From an uncultured Planctomycetota bacterium (lineage in GTDB: Bacteria > Planctomycetota > Planctomycetia > Isosphaerales > Isosphaeraceae): a DNA stretch of 64,000 nt. The notes under the pieces are model-generated. The model worked only from the letters and a program-made list of their open reading frames with translations. It was not told the DNA's origin and ran no database searches. This document shows positions 31,001 to 46,000 of the stretch, in pieces (positions within the stretch are counted from its first letter, which is position 1; every line of letters starts with the position of its first letter). Both the position numbers and the translations under genes were made by a program. The DNA lies in assembly GCA_963823665.1 (NCBI GenBank), contig CAWGMQ010000007.1, forward strand, positions 768,001-832,000, written 5' to 3'.

Positions 31001-34000
31001 GGGACGACTCTGGGGAGCTTGGTCAACGTTGCCGCCACCTACGCCAACCAGTTGGCCGGGCTCACTGCTCCCTCCGGCGGCACGGATTTCAACAGCATTG
31101 GCGGGCTCCAGAGCGCCAATGCGGCCAACACGGCCGCCGCCAACACCCCGATCTCTTTCAACTACGTGCCGAACTTCCAGTCGACCGGGTACCCTGCGCT
31201 CACGATGACGCTCAATCTCCAGCAGTCCTTCGGCGGCACGTTCAGCGGACAGATCGTTGGCGACAGCTTGAACCCGGTGGTCGACGACTCGACGCTGCTC
31301 TCCGACTTGAACGGCGGCCAGGGCGTCCAGTTCGCCATGGACCCCGTAAACGGGGTCGGACCTGGCACCAACGGCCCAGGGCCCGACCTGAGCATCGAGC
31401 TCTCCGACGGGACGATTCTTCCCATCACGTTCGCCCCGAGCAAGGGTGAAACCCTGGGCGACGTCATCTCCCAGATCAACGACGCCCCGGGGAACCGCGA
31501 CCAGCTCGTGGCCGCGATCAACCCCGACCAGGACGGCCTGATGCTGACCGACATGACGCTCGGAACCAACCTGTTCAACGTGATCGGCCAGCAGGGCTCA
31601 AACGCGGCGGCCAACCTGGGCATCGTCGGCATCGCGTTCCGCAACCCGACGCTCGACCCGACGACGCCCGTGTTACACCTGAACAACGGGGCCGGCGTCT
31701 CGTTCTCGACCACCGGCGGCGCCGATCTCATGGTGACGCTGTCGAACGGAGTCGTCTTCCCGATCACATTCTCGAACCCCGTGACCGTTGCCGACTTGAT
31801 CAATCAGGTCGCAAGCGCCAGGGACAGCCAGGGCCAGCCCAATAACGGCAGGCTAGCGCTGGGGATCAACTCCACTCGCACCGGCTTGGTGCTGTACGAC
31901 GGCACGACCGGCAACGGCACCCTCTCAGTCGCGGCCGTCCCCGGCTCGCTGGCGGCCGTCGGGTTGGGCCTGATCTCGACCAGCACCGCTCAGGTCGGGC
32001 CCGCCATCCCCCCCACGCCGATCACCACCAGCACTCTGCTCTCGCAGTTGGGCGGCGGCCAGGGCGTCAACTTCTCGACCACGGGCGCGCCCGACCTCAC
32101 CGTGACGTTCGCCGACAACAGCTCGCTCGACATCAGCTTGAGCGCCGCCTTGACCGTGGGCGACGTCATCAACCAGATCAATAGCGCTGCGATGCTCACG
32201 CCGACCACCCCCATCTCGCAACTCAACGACGGCCGGGGCGTCGCGTTACCAAGCGGGACCGACCTCACCATCAACTTCGCCGACGGCAGCTCGCTCCCGA
32301 TCGCGATCACCAGTACCACCTCCCTGACACTTGGCGGACTCATCAACCAGATGAACGACGACGCCGGCGGCAAGATCACTGCGGCGCTCGCCGGCAATGC
32401 CCTGGTCCTCACCGCCGCGCAGTCGTTCTCGGTGGTCGCCTCGCAGACGGCCACAGACCTGGGTATTACCGGCTCGAGCACCGTGAACGTTCCCGCCGGC
32501 ACCGGGTATACCTTGAACGGCAAGAACATCCAGACCACTCTGACGGCGGCGCTCAACTCGGCTGGGAACGCCCTGGTGCTCACTTCCACGCAGCCGTTCT
32601 CCGTGGTGTCTGAGGGCGGGGGCACGACCGCCGCCAACCTGGGCATAGCGGGCGCCAGTATAGGGAACACCCTGACCGGCAAGAACATCAACCCGGCGGT
32701 GCTGAACGGTCAGAACCTGAACGCGCTCGTGCTCGTGCTGGACGGGCAGAACGTCAACCGGATTGCCGACCTGACCACCCCGCTGTCGGACCTGGATGGA
32801 GGTGCCGGCGTCTCGTTCCAGGGCGACACGGGCAACGACCTTCAGATTCAGGGCGGCGATGGCACAACCGTGATCAACGTCGGCCTGGGCTCGGCCACCA
32901 CGGTCGGCGACGTGATCAATCTGATCAACGCCGCCGCAAAGCAGGTCGCGGGAGCCAACCCGCCCAAGATCGTGGCCAGCCTGGACACGACCGGGCACCT
33001 GGTCCTGACCGACACGAGCGGCACCAAGTTTCCGTTCACCGTACAGTCGCTGAACGGCTCGAGCGCCGCTGACGACCTCGGGATCGACGAAGCCCCGATC
33101 TCGGCGAGCCTCGACCTCAATTTCAATCCGGGCGGCCTGGCGTCGCTGGCGATTACCAATAGTAACGTCTTCGTCCAGGCAAACGTGAGCGCAAGCTTCA
33201 CCCTGGGGATCCTGCTGCGTCCCTTCAGCCAGGCCACGGCGCTATCGCCCGATACGTTGCTATCCACCCTCCAGTCCGGCGAGGGCATCCAGTTCGCCCC
33301 GGGCGGAAAGCCCGACATCAATGTGACGCTGCACAATGGCACCAGCGTGGACGTGGTCTTGAGCGGCTGCACCACGATCGGCGGCGTGCTCGCCCAGTTG
33401 AACGCCGCGGCGCCGAAAAACTTCATCGCGACCATCAGCTCCGACGGCCTCGGAATCGTCCTGACCGACACGACGACCGGCCCTTCGGCCTTCACCGTCA
33501 CGGCCCTCAACTCGTCCACGGCGGGCGCCGAACTGGGGCTGCTGGGCACCGGCGACGGCACCGGGACGATCCAGCGAACCGACTCAGACAGCGTTTCCTT
33601 CGGCGACAACATCTTCGTCCAGACCAACACTCCGCTCACGGCAAAGATCACTCTCGGAGCGTCCCTGAGTGCCATTGCCTCACTCGGGTTCTTCACCGTC
33701 CAGGTGAATGGCGGCACGGCCGTGGCCAGCGCAACCGCGAGCTTCGGCCTGGGCAACCTTGAGGGCACGCCTCAATCGGGCTACTCCACCTTGAGCGACC
33801 TGACGACCGCGCTCGGGGGGAACGTCGGTCTGTCGGTCATCGGGGCCAACCCCGGCCCGGCCAATGGGAGCACCGGGATCAACTTTGGGACCAGCACCTT
33901 CGGGCTCCAGCTCGGCTCCGGGCCCGTGTACACGATCCCGATCCTGAACACGGCCGTGCCCAACCCCAAGACCCTCGCCGACTTGATCACGAACTTGAAC

Positions 34001-37000
34001 GCCTCGCTGAGTGCCGTCAACGATTCGAGCGGGGTGTCCCTGGGCACTCAGGTGCGGGCCCTGGCCAGCGGGACGAGCGTCGCGTTCACGACTCTGGGAG
34101 GGCTCGCCCAGACGCTGACCATCCAGAACGCCCAGGTCCTGGGGTTCAACCAGGACGGCTCCGCGACGTCGGCGTACGTGATCCGGCCATCCGTGAACCT
34201 CACCGCCGACGTGAACTTGCCGATCTCGGCTGGGAACACCTTCAGCGGCGTGAGCACCACCAGCACAAGCAAGATCGAGTTCCACACCCGCCTGGCGGCA
34301 TCCCCTTCGACCTTGACCCCAGCATCCTGGCGGCGGCCTTCACCAACGGCAACAACTACACCATCGTTCTCCCCCCCAGCTCCAGAATCTCACCGGGTTC
34401 AACTTCACAACATTCGTCAATGCGCTCAGTCTGGGCCTCAACTTCCTTACCGATACGGTGGCCGGCGCCACCAACTCCGGCAGCACGAGCCTCGCGTTCC
34501 TCAACCAAAATCTGCCGCTGGTGAACGTGAGCCTCAAGGACATTCTGGGCTACGCCACCTCCTTCAGCAACTTCCTGGCCCGGCTCGTGAACGACCCGTC
34601 CTCGAGCCTCCAGGCCCTCGCCAATCAGATCGCCGGCCTGCTGGACGACAACTCGGTGACCGGCACCACGCTGGCCCCGGCAAACGGCGTCCTCTCGAGC
34701 GCGGCCCACTTCCAGGTCGTGCTCAACGGCGGCACCGGAGTACAGGTCACCGTGCCGCCGGACCCGAGCAATACGAGCGTGGCCGGCCTGGTGAACGACA
34801 TCAATACAGCCCTCGCGACCGCCGGGTTGGGGGGCTCGGTCGTGGCGACTTCAAGCGGCGGCTACATCACCTTGACCACGACCGGCCCCAACCCGGCATC
34901 CTCGATCGTGATCCAAGGCATTGCCTCAGGCGACCCCGCGTCCACCCAGTTGGGGTTCTCCAACACGATCGGCCTGGGGATTGTCACCTCGCTGACTGCC
35001 GCCAGCCCGGCCGCGCTCCTGACCAGTGCGGCGAACTTCCAGCTCGTCTTGAACGGTGGGACGGCGGTCCCCGTCACCGTGCCGGTTAACCCGAACTCGA
35101 AGAACCTGGCAGGCCTGGTCGCCGACTTGAATGCAGCGCTCCTGACCGCGGGGTTAGGTAGCGCGGTCGTGGCTTCTGCCAGCGGCGCCTACATCACCTT
35201 GACGGCGGCGGGCCCGGCCCCGGCTTCCTCGATCATGGTCCAAGGCATTGGTGCCGGAGCGGCCAACCTGGGGTTCACGAACGGTCAGACCTCAGGCGAG
35301 GCCCTGCGGCTCGACCTCGATTACGAGATCGCCAAATACAGCGGCATGTTCAACCCCGCGCTCAACATCCCGGGAAGCGATTCCTTGGCGGCGAGCGCCT
35401 CGACGACGCTCGAGCTGTCGGCCTGGGCGACCTTCCAGCTTTCCCTGGGAATCTCCTTGACCGGCAACGACAGTTTCACGCCATTCCTCTATGACTTTAA
35501 CCCGGCGACCGGGCAGGGGACCGGGCTCATTCTGGACGCGATGGCCTCGGCGAACCCGCTCGATGCCAAAGCCGACCTGGGCCCACTTTCGGTGTCCGTG
35601 ACAAACGGCTTCGCCGTGATCAATAGCGACGGCAAGAACGACTCGACGGCCCCTGCGCAGCTTGTGATCGGGCTCCAGTCTCCGGCCACCGGCACCCCGC
35701 CCTCCAACCTCCCCGGCCGCCATACCCTGACCGACCCGATACTGCCCGATCTCGGGGTCGTGCAGGCGACCGCGTTTGTCGGCGCCGACCTGCCGATCTA
35801 TTACGCGATCGGTAATGGCACGCCCAAGGAGATCTACGACCTCCGGCTCACGGCCAATCTGACCCAGCCCTTGAGCTCCCTCGAATTCACCAACGGCCTG
35901 CCGGGCGGCGGTTCGCTAGAGGACGCAATCAATAACGCGCTCAATGGCGCTTCTGTCAGTGATCTGCTGAGAGGCTTATCGGCCGGGGTCGACGCCGTCT
36001 TCGGGCCGCTGTTCAACGGCATCGATGGCCAGGTCTTGGGCAGCAACCTCCCGCTGATCGGCTCAGGGATCGCCACGGCGGCGAGCTTCCTGGGAAAGTT
36101 GGAGAGCAGCCTGGTCACCGCGCTCAACACCGCGGCGGACACGCTGGATCAGATCGAGACGCAGATCTACAACATTTTCGGCCCCGGCCCCTTTGGAGGC
36201 CCCGCGGGGCTCAACTGGCTACAGCCGATTCCGGGCAATACCAAGACCGGCCCTGCCCATTACATCGTCGACCAAGCGTCCTTGAGCGGCGGCGTCCAGT
36301 TCTACATCCACCTGAAGAACGCCAGCCAGCTCACCCTGCCGCTGGCCGCTGGCCTGGGCATCCCCGGGCTCGGGCTCAACCTTGCCGGCAATGCCAATCT
36401 GAACCTCGGCTGGGACTTTCAGCTCGGCTTCGGGCTGAATAAAACAGACGGATTCTACATCAACTCGTCGCAGTACAATGCCACGACCAACCCCTACCCG
36501 ACGAGCTTCAACATCTCGACCGACGTGACGCTCCCTGGGCTGGCGGCCACCGGGACCCTGGGCTACCTCCAGATCAAGGCAGCCGACGACGATAAGCAGC
36601 CGACCAATTTCCAGGGCGCGTTCGCGATCACTCTGACCGACCCGGGCGAAAGCGGGGTGGTCGACCAGCACTTGACGTTTTCAAAGATCGCCGCCGCGGG
36701 CTTCTCGAACGTGGTCAACGTGGGGTTCACTGCCAATGCTGCGGTCAACCTCGATCTGTCAACCAACTTCGTCGACGCGTCTGGCAATCCCGACTCGGGC
36801 TTGCCCTCGCTCAGCACGATCTTCCGGCTCGACTGGCCGTTCAGCGCCACCACAATGGCCGGGATCTCGACCTCGGTGCCATCGATCACGTTCGACCAGG
36901 TCCAGATCAACCTCGGTTCATTCCTCAACGAGTTCGCGCGGCCGATCCTCACCGACGCCCAGCAGGTTTTGGCCCCGATCCAGCCGGTGATCAACGTGCT

Positions 37001-40000
37001 GATGAAGCCGATCCCGGCGCTCTCTGAGCTCGCCGGCCATGACGTTACCCTGGCTACGCTGGCCAGCCAGTTCGGTAATAACAACACCGCCAACTTCATC
37101 AACGCCGTCGTCAGCCTGAACAACCTCATCAACAGCTTGCCCGCCCCCGGCAGCGATATGGGGATCATGATCGACCTGGGCTCGTTCACCGTCAGCGGCT
37201 CGGCGGCCAAGGACCCGACCCAGGCAAACAAGATGACGCCCCAGCCCCTCTCGGCGGCGGCGCTCGCGGCGATCCAGGCGAAAATGAATCAAGAGGTCTC
37301 GAGCGCGGTCCCAGGTTTCTCAAGCATTGTCAACCAAAGCGCCACGACGACGGGAGGCGGCTTCGAGTTTCCGATCCTCAAGAATCCGCTCCAAGCCTTC
37401 CAGCTTCTCCTGGGCAACGACGACGGCGCCACCCCGCTGTCGCTCTTCCAGTGGAACCTGCCGACGCTCACCCTGAACCTGAGCTACACCCAGACCTTCC
37501 GCGTCCCCTCGCTGCCGGTGCTGGCCGCCCAGCTCTCAGGCCAGGTGGGCGCGCAGTTCTCGTTCGCCTTCGGCTTCGACACCGAGAGGCTTTCCGAGTA
37601 CCGCTCCAACCCCGGGGGCGGGATCATCCAGATCCTGGACGGGTTCTACGTCGACGACCCGCCGACGGCCAACCAGATCGTCCTGACGGCCGGGGTTGCC
37701 GCCACGGCGTTGCTCGACCTCTACTGGATCTCCGGCGGGGTAACCGGCGGGCTGTACGCCACCATCAACTTCCACCTGGCTAACGACAGCGACGACCCCC
37801 ACCTCCGCTTCAGCACGATCGCGAGCGAGCTCTTTACCAACCCGCTCTCGATTTTTGACGTCAGCGGCGACCTGACGGCGAGGCTGTCTGCATTCGTCCA
37901 GATCTATTACGTCTTCAGCAGTTCCCGCTGGGATTTCAACATCGCCAGCGCCACCCTGCTGTCATTCAACACCAATCCCAACGCCGGCCTGGCGCGCGAC
38001 GTCACGAGCTTGAGCGTCTCGCCCACTCCGACCACGTATGGACAGCCCGAGACGCTGACTGCAACCGTCAGCCCGACCTCGAGCGCCTCGAACGCACCGG
38101 TGCCCCAGGGCACGGTCCAGTTCGTCGACATGACGACCCATACCACCCTGGGCACCGCGGGCGTCGGGACGAATGGAGTGGCCATGCTCCCCGTCCCGTT
38201 TTTGAATCCCGGCAACCACGTGATCCAGGCGAGCTATACGCCCACGAACGCGTATCGAGCCAGCCAGACGACGCTGACCCAGGTCATCACGGCCGCACCG
38301 ACGACAACGACCGTGGGCGCGACTCCGGCCGCGCCGGTGAGCGGCCAGGCCGTGAGCTTCACGGCCACCGTGTCGGCGGGGGCCGGGCCTCCCCCGACCG
38401 GTTCGGTCGACTTCATGGACACGACGACCGGCACCGACCTCGGGTCGGTCAATCTGGTCAACGGCACCGCGAGCCTGCCCCCGATATCCACTCTCGGAAT
38501 CGGCTCGCACCAGATCACCGCCACGTATTCCAGTAGTGACGTCACCCGGTTCCAGAACAGCAGCACGGCCCAGCCGCTTGCGGTGACGATTATCGCCGCC
38601 AAGACCACGACGACACTGGCCCCCGGCTCGCCCAACCCATCGGTGTACGGCCAACCCTTGGTCGTCCAGGTGCGTGCGGCCGCGCCGGGCGTCGGGGTCC
38701 CGACCGGGGTGGTTGCCTTTACGACCTCGACCGGAGCCAGCCTGGGGTCGGCCGACCTGGTGAACGGCCTGGCGACCATGCCGATCACCGCGCTGGCGGT
38801 GGGCTCTTACCAGATCACGGCCAGCTACCAGGGCGACGGCAATTTCGCCTTGAGCTCGACGGCCCAGCCCATAGCGCAGGTTGTCCAGGCCGCATCGACC
38901 AGCACGTCGGTTTCCGCATCCGCCACCACAGAGGTGACCGGCAACGCGATTACCTTCACGGCGGTTGTCATGGTGATGTCGCCGAGCCAGGCCATGCCGG
39001 CCGGCACCGTGCAGTTCATGGATAACGGCACCGCCTTGGGCACCCCGCAGCCGATCGACCAGACCGGCACCGCGACCTATACGACTGGGGCGCTCGCCGT
39101 CGGCACTCACACGATCACTGCCGTCTATACCGACATGTTCGGCAACTTCTCGACCAGCACCGGAACGCTCGGCAATCTTCAGATCATCACCCCGATCGCG
39201 ACCAGCGTCACCTTCGCGACGACCTCACCGGTGAAGTTCGGCTTTTCGACCACGCTCACCGCCACCCTCGCGTACCAGCCGCTGATCGCCACGGCGCCTG
39301 TGGGGGCGATTGACTTCTTCGACACGACGACCAACACCGATCTCGGCTCGGCCGTGCCGGTCAATGGGGTGGCCACGCTGAACTACACAGTGGCTCTGGA
39401 GCCCGGTCCCCACGCGATCGTGGCCATGTTCGCCGGCGATTCAAGGTACCTGCCGAGCGGAAGCGCCGCCACGACCCTGAACGTCCGCAGCCTGACCGAG
39501 GTCACCTGGACCCAGGACATTTCGACCGACCCGAGCGAGGTCAGTCTGAGAGAGGCGATCACTTATGCGGACAGCAATCCCGGCCAAACGATCACCTTCC
39601 TGCCGTCGCTGGCGGGCCAGGCCATCACCCTGACGATGGGTCCTTTGCCCGATCTGACCCAGAATGTCGTCATTGATGGCCTGGGCGCTTCTCTACTCAC
39701 GGTTAACGAGGGGGGGTCGGGATCGGGTTTCTTCGTCGATGCCGGAGTGACCGCGGCCATCAGCGCGCTGACCATCACGGGCGGTAACACCTTGATGGGT
39801 GGCGGCATCTATAACGCCGGGACGCTCACCGTCACCGACTGCGCGATCACGAGCAATATGGCGAACTGGGGCGCGGGGATCGCCAACTTCGGAACCCTGG
39901 ACGTCGAGCACAGCACGTTCTCTGGCAACACGGCCTACGGATACAACGGCACGGATGGTCAGTCCGCCGGCGGTGGTGGCGGCGGCGGGGCGGCACTGGG

Positions 40001-43000
40001 CGGCGGCCTGTTCAACAGCGGCACGGCGACGCTGGTTGACAGCACGATTTCCGGCAACACCGCGCGAGGGGGAAACGGCGGGAATTCCGCATACCCCTAC
40101 GGAATATTCAACGGCGGCGGCGGCCCTGGCGGGACCGCCGGTAGCGGCTCCACGGCGTTTAACGGCGCGGCGGGCAGCTTTGGTGGTGGTGGCGCGGGGG
40201 GCGGAGCCTCATCTTTGACGGGGGCACCCGGCGGCGCCGGCGGGTTCGGCGCCGGCGGCGGCGGGGGTGGTGGCAGGACCTCCGGCAACTCCGGTGGCAG
40301 CGGCGGGGCCGGTGGTTACGACGGCGGCGCCGGCGGAAACGCCATCTTCTCGGGTGGCGGCGGTGGCGGCGGCGGGGCCGGGATCGGCGCCGGCGTGTTC
40401 AACAACGGCGGCACGATCACCATCACCGCCAGCACCATCGCCTACAACTCGTCCTTGGCGGGCGCCGCGGGGAACCACCGCGCGGCCGCCGGAGAAGGCC
40501 AGGCCGGCGGTGTCTTCTCTCTGGGCGGGACCGTACGGCTCGACAGCACCATCATTGCCAGCAACAGCGCGTCTACCCTCGATCCCGATGTCGCGGGCAC
40601 ATTCTCAAGCGCGGGCTACAACCTCGTCGGCAACACCGCCGGCGGCAGCGGGTTTGTGTCGACCGACCTCCTGAACATGAATCCGATGCTGGGGCCGTTG
40701 CAGTCAAACGGCGGACAGACCCAGACGATCGCACTGCTCGCCGGGAGTCCGGCACTGGGCGCAGGCGACGACTCCGACGGCGTCCTCTCCGACCAGCGCG
40801 GCGCCCAGCGCGGCTCGGCGGGCGTCAGTGCCGGCACAAACTCCGACATCGGCGCGTACCAGGCCAGCTCGTCGTACCTCGTCACGACCACCGATGACAC
40901 GATGGACGACGGCAGCCTCCGGGCGGCGATCGCCTGGGCCAACACGAGCACGAACTTCGTTCGGACTTTCGACATCGACAACTTCATCCGGTTCGATACC
41001 GGCGGCGCCTTCGCCACTCCTCAGACAATCGATCTCACAACGATCGGCGACACGACGGTCGGGCCGACGGCCCTCGCGATCACCGGGTACGTCGAGATCG
41101 ACGGTCCGGTGCTCTCTGGCGGCGGCGTGACGCTCTCGCCGGCCGCCTCTGGCCCGGACATGCGGCTGTTCTACGTGGCGCCCGGCGGCGACCTGACGCT
41201 AAGCGACCTGACGCTTGAGGGGGGCGTGGCGGAGGGGTTTGCCGGCGGGACCGGTAGTGGCGCCGGCGGCGCTGGTGGCGGCGGGGGCGGCGCCGCCGGG
41301 ATGGGTGGAGCAATCTTCAACCGCGGCATCGTCAGCATTCTCGACAGCACCTTGACCGGCAACCTGGCCCAGGGCGGCGCCGGCGGAAACGGCTCGAACG
41401 GCTCTCTCGGCGGTGGTGGCGGCGGGTTGGATGGGCCCAGCGGAGCCGGCAATGTCGGCGGCCCAGGCGGCGGAGGGAATGGTGGATTCTCCCCCACGGC
41501 CGGCGCGTTCGGCGGCGGTGGCGGTGGCGGCGGGTCCAGCGGCACGACCGGCGCGAGCGGCGGGTTCGGCGGTGGTGGTGGTGACTTCGGCATCCGACTC
41601 GCGAACGGCGGCACGGGCGGCTATGGCGCGGGCTACGGCGGCACCGGCCACGAAACCCTGGGTGCCGGCGGCGGCGGTGGTGCCGGCCTGGGCGGCGCTC
41701 TCTTCAACGATGGCGGCAACGTCTTGATCATCAACAGCACCTTGGCCGGAAACACCGCCGCCGGAGGAGCCGGCGGGACGTCTCCGAGCACCGGCTTGGG
41801 CCCCGGCGCACCCGGCGGCAACGGCCGTGGCGTGGGCGGCGCCGTCTTCGATCGCGGCGGACAGATCATCGTCATTAACTCCACGCTTGCCGGCAACACG
41901 GCGAGCTCCGCGGCGCGCTCTTCATCCTCGGCGACGGTACCTCGGGCAACGGCACGGCCACGCTGCAATTGACCAACACGATCCTCGCGGGAACTCAGGG
42001 GTCGCGAAGCGACTTCGAGTCCGGAACAACCAGCGGCGGCTCGATCGTCTTCAGCGGAAGCAATGATCTGATCCAAACGAACAGCTCCCCAGACGGCTTC
42101 CCGCCGTCTTCGACCATCATCACCGGCCAGGATCCGATGCTCGGGCCGCTGGCCTATAACGGCGGGGCGACGGACACCATGGCGCTGCTCCCAGGCAGCC
42201 CGGCCCTGGACGCGGCCTCAAACATTGCCGCGCCGGCGGCCGACCAGCGCGGCGCCCAGCGCGGGCCGGCCGCTCAGGGCGCCGGTCCGAATGCCGATAT
42301 CGGGGCATTCGAAGACACGTCCTCCTACCTGGTGACGAGCACTGACGACAGCATGAGCGACGGCACGCTCCGCGCCGCCGTGGCCTGGGCCAACGAAAGC
42401 GTGAACCCGCTGCTATCTGTCGCGACAGCCAACGTCGTACGGTTCGACACCTCGGGCGCCTTCGCCGCGGGCGGAGTCATCGATTTGTCGACCGTCGGCG
42501 ACACGACGGTTGGTCCGACGGCGCTTCTGATCACAGGTGACGTCGAGATCGATGGGCCGGTGCCCTCCAGTGGCGGCCTCACGCTTTCGCCGGCCGCTTC
42601 TGCGCCCTTGATGCGGCTGTTCTACGTCGCGCCCGACGCGATCCTTACCCTCCAGGATCTGACGCTTGAGGGGGGCGTGGCGCAGGGCTTTGTGGGCGCG
42701 GCCGGCGAGGGCGCCGGCGGCGGCGCGGCCGGGCTGGGCGGGGCCGTGTTCAACCGCGGGACCCTGACGCTCGCTGACAGCACGCTCACGGGCAATCAGG
42801 CGATTGGCGGCAGCGGCGGGGCTGGTGGCGGCGGTGGAGTCGGCGGTGGTGGTGGCGGCCTGGACGGGGCCGGCGGCACGCCCGCCGCGGGTGCCGGCGG
42901 TGGCGGGGCCGGCGGCAACGAAGTCGCGGGCAATGCCGGTGGCTTCGGCGGCGGCGGCGGCGGCGGTGGCTTTAATGGCAGTTTCGGCTTGTACGGCGGC

Positions 43001-46000
43001 GCTGGCGGCTTAGGCGGCGGCGGCGGGGGCGCGGGCGGTTATGCCCCGACGGGCTTCCCAGGTGGCTCCGCAGGCTATGGCGCAGGCGCAGGCGGCAACG
43101 GGGGGACAGCACTCGGTGGCGGTGGTGGTGGTGGGGCAGGCTTGGGCGGCGCCGTCTTCAACGACGGCGGCTCGGTCATCATCACCGACAGCACGCTCGC
43201 CGCCAATTTGGCGATCGGCGGGGCCGGCGGGGCGGCCACGGGCTCCGGCCAGGGGGGCACGGCCGGTACTGGTCTTGGAGGCGCCGTCTTCAATCGCGGC
43301 GGATCCATCACCCTCGTCAACGCAACCCTCGCCGACAACACCGCCAATGCCGGCGGCGCCCTCTTCGTCCTCGGTGACGGCGCATCTGGCGACGGCACGG
43401 CCACGCTGCAATTGACCAATACGATCCTCGCCGGGACTGCGGCGTCGGCAACCGACTTCCAGTCCGCGACGTCCAGCGGCGGCTCAGTCATCGCCACCGG
43501 AAGTAACGACCTGATCCAGAACAATCCGTCGACGGGGGGATTCTCGGGCCCGGCCACGATCACCGGAGTCGCCCCGGGTCTCGGCGTCCTGGGCAACTAC
43601 GGCGGCCCGACCCCGACTCTCCCCTTGCTTCTCGGCAGCCCCGGGTTCGCCGCCGGGCTGGTCAACCCAGCCGGACAATCGACCGATCAGCGCGGCCTGG
43701 CCGGGCTCCTCGACCGCGGCAGCGGGGTGCCCAGCGTCGACATCGGTGCGTTCGAGATCCAGAATTACGTCGTCACGACCACCCTCGACGACCCGTCGGC
43801 GCCCTCCGGCTCGACCACTCTTCGCGACGCGGTGAATGAGGCGACTGCAGGCGGCAGCGGCTTCGTCACATTCGCACCGGGAGTCACCGGGACGTTCTCC
43901 CTCTCGGTCGTGGGCGACACCACAGTCGGCCCCACCGCCTTGCTGGTCACCGGCAGCATCGAGATCGACGGCCCCTCCGGCGAGGCCCAAGGGGTGACGA
44001 TCGCCCGGGCGGCGTCGGTCAGCGACCTGCGGTTGTTTTACGTGGCGCCCGGCGCGAGCCTGACGCTCAAGGACCTGACGCTCAGCGGTGGCGTGGCGCA
44101 GGGCTTCGCCGGCGGCGGCGGCGATGGCGGCGGCGGCGGCGCGGCCGGACTGGGCGGCGCCATATTCAACCGTGGGAACTTGACGCTGGAGAATAGCACG
44201 TTGTTCGGCAACGAGGCGCAGGGCGGTGCCGGCGGCACTGGCGGCACTGGCCACGCCGAGCCGATCGGCGGCGGCGGCGGCGGGCTGCTTGGGGCAGCCG
44301 GACTGCCCCCCATCCCCGGTGCAGGCGGCGGCGGCAAGGGTGGTGGGTCGATCTTCTCTCCAGGCAGCGGCGGCTTCGGCGGCGGTGGGGGCGGCGGGGG
44401 CCTCTTCGGCGTTGTCGGCCTGGCCGGCGGAAGCGGCGGTTTCGCAGGAGGGGGAGGAGGAGGAGGAGGAGGAGGCAACCCAATTCTGCCCGGCGCCGGC
44501 GGCGGCGCCGCCGGCTACGGTGCCGGAATCGGCGGAGTCGGCGCGCCGACTGGCGACGGAGGCGGAGGCGGCGGAGGCGCCGGGCTGGGGGGCGCCGTCT
44601 TCAACGACGGCGGATCGGTCATCGTCACCAACAGCACACTGGCAGACAATAGCGCTATCGGTGGCTCTGGCGGCGCGTCGCTCCTCAGCGGGCATGCGGG
44701 CACCTCCGGAAGCGGGCTGGGCGGCGCCATCTTCAACCGGGGCGGATCGATCACCGTACTCAACTCCACTCTCGCCGACAACACGGCCAATGCCGGCGGC
44801 GCTCTCTTCGTCCTGGGCGACGGCACGTCCGGGAACGGCGCGGCCACGGTGCAAGTGATCAACACGATCCTGGCCGGCACTGGGGCCTCGGCAACCGACT
44901 ACCAGTCTGCAACGACCAGCGGCGGCTCGGTCGTCGCCAGCGGAGGCTATGACCTGATCCAGAATAACCCGGCCTCGGGCGGCTTCCCGCTCTCCTCGAC
45001 CTTGATCATCGGCCAGGATCCGATGCTCGGGACGCTGGCGCAAAACGGCGGGCCCACGCCGACGATGGCGTTGCTTCCCGGTAGCCCGGCGCTGGACACG
45101 GCCTCAGACAGTGCCGCGCCGGCGGCCGACCAGCGCGGCGGCCAGCGTGGGCCCGCCGGCCTCTACGCCGGTGCGCACGCCGATATCGGGGCGTTCGAGG
45201 ACACGTCTTCATACCTGGTTACGACCACTCTCGATAGCTTTACCGACGGCACGCTCCGCGCCGCCGTGGCGTGGGCCAACACCAGCGTCAACCCGCTAAA
45301 GGCAGGCAGCTACTCGAGCCCGTTCGTGCCGGGCGCGGCCAACATCGTGCGGTTCGACACCTCCGGGGCCTTTGCCACGGGGGGAGTCGTTGCGTTGTCG
45401 ACCATCGGCGACACGACGTACGGTCCGACAGCGTTCTCGATCACCGGGGACGTGGAGATCGATGGCCCGTCCGGAACCGGCCAGGGGGTGACGATCTCCC
45501 CGTCGAGCTTGGTGTCCAACCTGCGGTTCTTTTACGTGACGGACGCCGGGTCGTTGACCTTGCAAGACTTGACGCTTGAGGGCGGGGTGGCGCAGGGCTT
45601 TGGCGGCGGCGCCGGCGACGCGGGCGGTGGCGGCGGCGCGGCCGGACTGGGCGGGGCTGTGCTTAACCTGGGCAGGCTGGCTCTGCGGGACAGCACGCTG
45701 ACGGACAACCAGGCGATCGGCGGGTCCGGCGGCGAAGGCGGCGAGGGGCCGGCCGGGCTCGGAGGAGGTGGAGGCGGGCTGGCCGGGCCAGGCGGCACGC
45801 CCCAAGGCGGCCAGGGCGGCGGCGGAACGGGCGGCGACATCGCCGGCGGAACCGGCGGCGGCTTCGGCGGCGGTGGTGGCGGCGGCTACGGCTTCTCTCA
45901 AGGCATTCCGGGTAATCCGGGCGGGATGTTCGGCGGCGGCGGCGGGGGCAGCGGCGATAACGCGCTCGGCAACGGCCTCGGCGGCGCCGCCGGCGGCTAT

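Noticed and set aside
31247..35280. Flagellin or FliD gene
   Set aside because: Only accessory repeat domains are similar; there are no flagellin/FliD terminal helices and no flagellar gene context.
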